From contig DATIFP010000196.1 of the NCBI GenBank assembly GCA_035455165.1, positions 24,237 through 88,236 of the forward strand: a DNA stretch of 64,000 nt, given 5' to 3'. The stretch's first letter is position 1, and the number at the start of each line of letters is the position of its first letter. Shown piece by piece: positions 59,069 through 64,000 of this stretch. The translations under genes were made by a program, and so were the position numbers. The notes beneath the pieces are model-generated. The model did no database searches, had not been told where the DNA came from, and saw only the letters and a list, made by a program, of their open reading frames with translations. This stretch comes from Blastocatellia bacterium. GTDB lineage: Bacteria; Acidobacteriota; Blastocatellia; UBA7656.

Positions 59069-60814
59069 TCACTTCGCGTCGATGTTGGTGTAGCTTCTGT
59101 GCGCAAGAGTGCGCACGCGATTGCGGCCGGCGGCTTTCGCCAGGTACATCGCGCGGTCAGCCATTTCCACCAGCTCCTCCTTGCTCTTAGCGCCCGACGG
59201 GTAAGTCGCTACGCCGAAGCTGGCGGTAATCTGTCCAACTCCCTTCACCGGAGCCGAAGCAATTGATCCTCGCAGTCTCTCGGCCGCATCCATTGCGCCT
59301 TCGCGATCGCACTGTGGGAGTATCAGGACAAATTCCTCGCCGCCGTAGCGGGCACAAATGTCGACGTCGCGCACCCCTGACTTCATAAGTGCGGCGACGT
59401 GGCGCAAGGCTGCGTCCCCGGCGCGGTGCCCGTGCGAGTCGTTTATGCGCTTCAGATGATCGAGATCCAGCAGAATCAGCGAAACTGAATCGTCGTTGCG
59501 ATCTGCGAGCCTGGTCTCGCGGTCGAGCCGGTCTTGAAAGTACCTGTGGTTGTAGAGTCCGGTAAGCGCGTCGGTCATCGCCTGAGTCTGCACCTGACGA
59601 AACAGCCGGGCGTGACTTATTGCGACTGAGAGTTGATCGGAAACAGTCTTCACCATCAGGATCTCTTCATCTTCCCAGTTGCGATAAGGGGTATCGTCCT
59701 CAACCATCATCACGCCGATAACGGAGTCGCGATAAGAAATGGGCACCTCCAGCGGGCGTGGGGTCGACCATCGCTCCTCCGTCTCTTCGGAGGTCGTCGT
59801 TGCGCCTAAATCAGCCTGGCCCGGATCTGCGGCCGGTGACGCCGTCGCGCTGGCGTCTGCGGTCGCGAGAATATCGCAATGCGCAGCCTGCGAACGCCCA
59901 TTCCGGTTATCGTACGGTGAGTCTTCCGGCCGCTCGTAGATACTCATGCCCTCGGGGATAGACTTGCCTTCTTGCCAGAGCACGAGCGCCGCTCGTCGCG
60001 CATTGAGCGCGCTGCCGACCTCCTCCACCGCAGACTGAAGGATGTTTTCAAGCTCAAGCGTGCTCGAGATCGCCGAGCTTATGCGATTGGTTGCCATCTC
60101 GAGTTCGTTCTGACGCTGCATAACCACCGTCAGTTTTGTCGTGAAGGTGAGCGCGAGCTTCAGCGACGAACTGCGGGGCGTGCACACGCTCAACAGGGAT
60201 TCCAATCTCGCCCGCTCTTCCGGTCTCTGAACGCTGAGGCGGGAGATCAAGTATTCGATGCCAGTAAACACGACGTTGGGGTCGAAGGTCCACACCATCT
60301 CATACACGGTCCCCTGATTATTCCTCTCGTCGGTTAGAACACAGGAAGCCAGCAGCCCGCAGAAGCGGGGCTCGAGCACCAATATAAACGGGCCTGTTTC
60401 GATGGCGTGGTAGTCGCTCTCCTCAAGGCTTGTCAGTTTGAAGGAGTTCTTTGGCTCGAAGGTTCGTGATTCACATTCGGAGTTACATGAGAATTGGTAC
60501 ATGCGGCGCGAAACGGCCGCGAGCTTATCCAATCGCAGGCTTTCGCGCAGCGGGTCTCCGGTCAGACAGCCTCCCTCCATAACAAGCGCCGAAAGCTTGT
60601 TTTCCGTGACAACGTCTTCGAAGGACCGCACCAGACGCAGCACAGTCTGTTGGTTACAGCGAACAGGCACAAATTCTTCACGGTGCTGGTCGGTTAGCAC
60701 GTAGTAGAGCGAATTCATCAAGGCGGATTTCTCAGGGGAATGTGCTACGGGGTATGGGGACCGACGATTCGTTTCAATTCTAACTTGAGTGTCCTCGGAG
60801 TCAATTCTTTTCAT
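59069..60814 (-). CDS. GGDEF diguanylate cyclase with N-terminal GAF-like sensor domain(s)
   Basis: DALTGLYNHRYF, LLDLDHLKRINDSHGHRAGDAALR, RYGGEEFVLIL (GGEEF). Confidence 0.85.
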   Translation of the reverse strand: MKRIDSEDTQVRIETNRRSPYPVAHSPEKSALMNSLYYVLTDQHREEFVPVRCNQQTVLRLVRSFEDVVTENKLSALVMEGGCLTGDPLRESLRLDKLAAVSRRMYQFSCNSECESRTFEPKNSFKLTSLEESDYHAIETGPFILVLEPRFCGLLASCVLTDERNNQGTVYEMVWTFDPNVVFTGIEYLISRLSVQRPEERARLESLLSVCTPRSSSLKLALTFTTKLTVVMQRQNELEMATNRISSAISSTLELENILQSAVEEVGSALNARRAALVLWQEGKSIPEGMSIYERPEDSPYDNRNGRSQAAHCDILATADASATASPAADPGQADLGATTTSEETEERWSTPRPLEVPISYRDSVIGVMMVEDDTPYRNWEDEEILMVKTVSDQLSVAISHARLFRQVQTQAMTDALTGLYNHRYFQDRLDRETRLADRNDDSVSLILLDLDHLKRINDSHGHRAGDAALRHVAALMKSGVRDVDICARYGGEEFVLILPQCDREGAMDAAERLRGSIASAPVKGVGQITASFGVATYPSGAKSKEELVEMADRAMYLAKAAGRNRVRTLAHRSYTNIDAK

Positions 60815-61125
60815 CGGCGCGTGGTGTTCGGATTCTGCGCTGTTGGTGGCTTGCCGTTCTGCGCCCGGACGCAGCGAAGCTGTGTTGCTTCACGCCGAGT
60901 GACCGGGATGTAAAAATTTCACACGGCATTGGAAACTCCTACAAAACCCCTTGAGTTCGCTGGCTGACTAGACAATCGAACTGCGCGTTTTATGAGAATG
61001 CAGGGTCTCATTCGCCGTTCGGAATGGCACGGGGTTCGCTCTGTAGCAAATAGTGACGCGCCAGGCATTCGACGAGGTTCTAATCTCACATCGGCGCAGG
61101 ATTAAACCCGAGGAGGGAGGAAACG

Positions 61126-61887
61126 ATGTACAAACTACTTTGCGTCGCAGTCTTGATGGCGCTAGCTGTTGCATTCGAATCCGGTTGCGCTACCAAGAAG
61201 TACGTACGCAACCGAGTAGCGGAGCGTGTCGCTCCCCTAGAGAATCGCACGGGTGAGTTGGAAGAAACCTCGCGGCGAAACACTCAACAAATCGGCGAGC
61301 TGAGGTCGGGTATCGATGATGTCCGGATGCGGGCGGATAGGGCTCAGGGTACCGCAAACAACGCGGCGTCTTCTGCCGAGCAGGCCAACACCCGCGTAAC
61401 AACTGTGGAGCGCAACGTGGAAGACCTGCGCGCGAACCTGGACAAGTACACCATCAAGACGACGTCAATGGTCTTCTTCAAGCCGGGAAGCGCGACGCTC
61501 ACACCGGAGGCGATGGCTCAGCTCGATCAGTTTGCTTCTCAGATCACCGACCGGCGGGGATTTGTGCTTGAGATAGTCGGGTATGGCGATTCAGCCAGGG
61601 CGACCAATTACAATCAGAGCCTGGCGCAGTTACGAGCCGAAGCAGTTCAACGCTACCTAGCCGACAAGGACAATGTCCCTCTGATGCGAATGTTCGCAGT
61701 CGGGTTCGGGGCTGCCAGGCCTTCAATTGAGAGCGTCTCCAACACGAGTAATTCAGGGGCGACTTCCGGCGGGAACGGCACATCAATGTTGCCGCGCAAG
61801 GTGGAGATCCGGCTGCTGACCAATGCAGCTGTGGAAAGCTCGCCGGCAAGGCCCGGCACCACAAGCGCAGTTTCTCAAAACCCATAG
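61126..61887 (+). CDS. OmpA-family (OmpA/MotB C-terminal domain) lipoprotein with coiled-coil N-terminal region
   Basis: Lipobox-like LAVAFESGC; OmpA-like domain LEIVGYGDSARATNYNQSLAQLRAEAVQRYL...VEIRLL. Confidence 0.75.
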   Translation: MYKLLCVAVLMALAVAFESGCATKKYVRNRVAERVAPLENRTGELEETSRRNTQQIGELRSGIDDVRMRADRAQGTANNAASSAEQANTRVTTVERNVEDLRANLDKYTIKTTSMVFFKPGSATLTPEAMAQLDQFASQITDRRGFVLEIVGYGDSARATNYNQSLAQLRAEAVQRYLADKDNVPLMRMFAVGFGAARPSIESVSNTSNSGATSGGNGTSMLPRKVEIRLLTNAAVESSPARPGTTSAVSQNP

Positions 61888-62081
61888 TCACGGTTGTCGA
61901 GCCACTGTGATCATGGCAGGACTGGGGGCGGTCGTAGTCAACGTCCGCCCCCGGTTTGGATTCGCGGGCAGCCCGGAATTATCCCCTCCTTCCTTACACA
62001 AATCAATTCATTAACATACTTTAAGTGTTATAATCGCGGAGCAACCGGATTTAGGGCCCTCGCATCACAGGGTGTGAGGTC

Positions 62082-62675
62082 ATGGCCTATATCGCACACA
62101 CGCTGACAATGACCGTGACCGGTGAACGACTTCAACCAGCGTCGGACCTGGAGCTGGCCAGGGCGGCAGCCGCTGGTGATTCGGTGGCGTTTGAAAAGTT
62201 GTATGAGCAGCACCACAGGCGGGTCTACTCGCTCTGCTGGCGAATGCTCGGGAATACCACGCACGCGGAAGATCTCACTCAGGAAGTCTTCCTGCAGGTC
62301 TATAAGAAGATCGGGAGTTTTCGCGGGGATTCGGCCTTCACGACCTGGCTTCATCGCTTGACTGTAAATCAGGTGCTGATGCACTTTCGAAAGCGAGGCG
62401 TCAAGCTGGAGCACACGAGTGAAGAAGGCGACTTTACCAATATCGTCGAAACACCTCTGCAAAGCACGCGAAGAATCTCGATGGTCGACAGGCTTGCGCT
62501 TGAAAAGGCAATATCGCAATTGCCCCCGGGCTACAGAACGGTGTTTGTGCTGCACGATGTCGAGGGATATGAGCACGAAGAGATATCCGGTTTGTTGGAG
62601 GTGAGCATCGGCACTTCCAAGTCGCAGTTGCACAAGGCGCGAATGCGGCTTCGCGAGCTGTTGACAAAGAGGTGA
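62082..62675 (+). CDS. ECF (sigma-70 family group IV) sigma factor
   Basis: Region 2 ([52 protein letters not shown]) and region 4 ([34 protein letters not shown]). Confidence 0.85.
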   Translation: MAYIAHTLTMTVTGERLQPASDLELARAAAAGDSVAFEKLYEQHHRRVYSLCWRMLGNTTHAEDLTQEVFLQVYKKIGSFRGDSAFTTWLHRLTVNQVLMHFRKRGVKLEHTSEEGDFTNIVETPLQSTRRISMVDRLALEKAISQLPPGYRTVFVLHDVEGYEHEEISGLLEVSIGTSKSQLHKARMRLRELLTKR

Positions 62676-63373
62676 GTGAAGTCGTCAGGTTAGAACAAAT
62701 GGTCTGCAAGGATTGTCAGGAATTACTATCCGAATACATAGACGGCGCGCTCGAGTTGGGTGAGCAGGTTGGGATCGAGCGTCACCTCGCCGATTGCGAG
62801 CCCTGCCGGGCGGTGCGAGATGACTTGCTGCAAATAGTTCATTTTAGCCAGCAGCTTCCGTTGCATTCGCCCTCCGTTTCTCTGTGGCAGCGAATCGATT
62901 CCGATCTCGCGCAGGTGCGGCCACGTATCTGGGCCCGGCCGCTGAGGTGGTGGACCAGAATCAGGACGTCCAGCTTCAATCTGTCCGTGCCGCAGATGGT
63001 CGCGGCCGCCGCGGCGCTTGTGATCGTTGTATCGATCGGCGTGATCGTTTCGCGCCATGAGAGTCCCCCGCTTAATGCGCTCGTCGATGGTTCGCAGCTC
63101 CAGCCAAACCAGGTGACTCCGCTTTCGAACACGGATCTGCAGCAGTTGGAAAAGCAGATCAGCCAACTGAGCGAATCCGTCGAGCAGCGTAAAGGCTCTT
63201 GGGACCCTGAGCTCCGAACTGCATTCGAGCGAAACCTGTTCTATGTGGACCAATCGCTGATGGAGTGCCGCCATCAATTGAACGACAACCCGGCTGACGG
63301 TGTGTCCCAGGAATTGATGCTCAACGCCTACCGGGAGAAGGTCCGCCTCCTCGCGGGCTTTGAAAAGTTCTAA
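62672..63373 (+). CDS. Zinc-finger (zf-HC2) anti-sigma factor, single-pass membrane
   Basis: ATGA overlap with the sigma gene; [35 protein letters not shown] (HxxxCxxC); [20 protein letters not shown]. Confidence 0.8.
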   Translation: MSEVVRLEQMVCKDCQELLSEYIDGALELGEQVGIERHLADCEPCRAVRDDLLQIVHFSQQLPLHSPSVSLWQRIDSDLAQVRPRIWARPLRWWTRIRTSSFNLSVPQMVAAAAALVIVVSIGVIVSRHESPPLNALVDGSQLQPNQVTPLSNTDLQQLEKQISQLSESVEQRKGSWDPELRTAFERNLFYVDQSLMECRHQLNDNPADGVSQELMLNAYREKVRLLAGFEKF

Positions 63374-63417
63374 CCCTGAGCGGTAATCTCGTACGTCGAG
63401 GTCTGGTGTAGCGAGCT

Positions 63418-64000
63418 ATGGTCTACCGGAGCCATACGAGACAAAGAACCTTTACGTACCTGGCCCCGCCTCTCTTCTCTCTCATTTTCTATTTTGCACT
63501 TATCGCGGCCTCCGCCGACTCACCTGGCCGCTTCGAGCGGAGCTATTCGCCAAATCGCCCCGCCCACATCACTGTCTCCAACGTAAACGGCAAGATTCAC
63601 GTATCGGGCTGGGACCGGAAGTACATTCTCGCGAGAGCCACAACCGCGCCGTCCGTCAAGGTTGGCGACGAGGTCGTGGGTGACGACATCAAAATTTGGA
63701 CCAGGCCAAATATACGGCTGGGCCGGGCTGACTTCGAGATCTCTGTGCCGCCCGAGACTTCCGTGACAGTCAAGAATTACGTCGGCGACATCGAGATCCG
63801 CGGGGTCACCGGCCACGTGACCGTCACCTCGATCGACAGCGACGTTCACCTGTTCAAAATTACGAGCCCGGCTGTTGACGTAAGGGTAACCAGCGGCGAT
63901 GTATTCTTCGACGGCGAACTGAGCGAAGGCGGCTCGTACAGTCTTCAAACCATGAAGGGCGACCTAGACGTTACCTTGCCGGCAGCGACCCCGTTCAACC
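63418..64000 (+). CDS. DUF4097-type (putative beta-helical adhesin-like) protein, 3'-truncated by the window end
   Basis: Open frame from ATG 63418 to the window edge; repetitive V-V-T/S-S-GD-V pattern (VTVKNYVGDIEIRGVTGHVTVTSIDSDVHL...VDVRVTSGDVFF); the standard partner of ECF sigma/anti-sigma pairs. Confidence 0.6.
   Translation, partial: MVYRSHTRQRTFTYLAPPLFSLIFYFALIAASADSPGRFERSYSPNRPAHITVSNVNGKIHVSGWDRKYILARATTAPSVKVGDEVVGDDIKIWTRPNIRLGRADFEISVPPETSVTVKNYVGDIEIRGVTGHVTVTSIDSDVHLFKITSPAVDVRVTSGDVFFDGELSEGGSYSLQTMKGDLDVTLPAATPFN

Overview
High-GC bacterial chromosomal window, dense in coding sequence, with weak Shine-Dalgarno sites. Gene content suggests Acidobacteriota (TPR/PMT-like membrane glycosyltransferases, LolA-like lipoprotein-sorting paralogs, ECF sigma/anti-sigma/DUF4097, LarC); this is inference only. 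No rRNA, CRISPR array, transposase or integrase is visible; there is one tRNA-Val(CAC). The 3' two thirds (about 43-64 kb) is ordinary housekeeping: mpl, ruvB, metG, folE, larC, cobB-type sirtuin, efp, argS, DAHP synthase, a GGDEF protein, OmpA-family protein and an ECF sigma module. The 5' third (1-21.8 kb) is the interesting part. Two diverged paralogs of a giant (1733 aa in the complete copy) secreted multicopper-oxidase-like protein, with cupredoxin-type HxHxH and HCHxxxHxxxGM copper motifs, bracket a four-gene signalling cassette. That cassette has a PAS histidine kinase, a receiver-first hybrid kinase, an NtrC-type sigma54 activator and a stand-alone receiver. Directly downstream is a co-directional module for periplasmic copper and redox maturation. 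It contains a YVTN beta-propeller protein, two Sco1/SenC copper chaperones (one fused to a YxCxMxPE...CPxCGM heavy-metal-binding domain), a cytochrome c fused to a type-I periplasmic binding protein, and two paralogous SurA-N-like/DsbA (CxxC) fusion proteins sharing an N-terminal CGCE motif. I read this as a candidate, not clearly described, sigma54-controlled giant extracellular copper oxidase system with its own copper-centre assembly machinery; a MofA/MnxG-like Mn(II) oxidase is one possibility. Other notable loci: three tandem LolA-like secreted paralogs translationally coupled to a DUF2723-type TPR membrane protein; a second NtrC/NtrB pair next to a PPC-domain protein and a matrixin-type metalloprotease; a perfect 66-bp segment repeated with a 101-bp period in an intergenic region; and GC-rich hairpins punctuating the oxidase locus.
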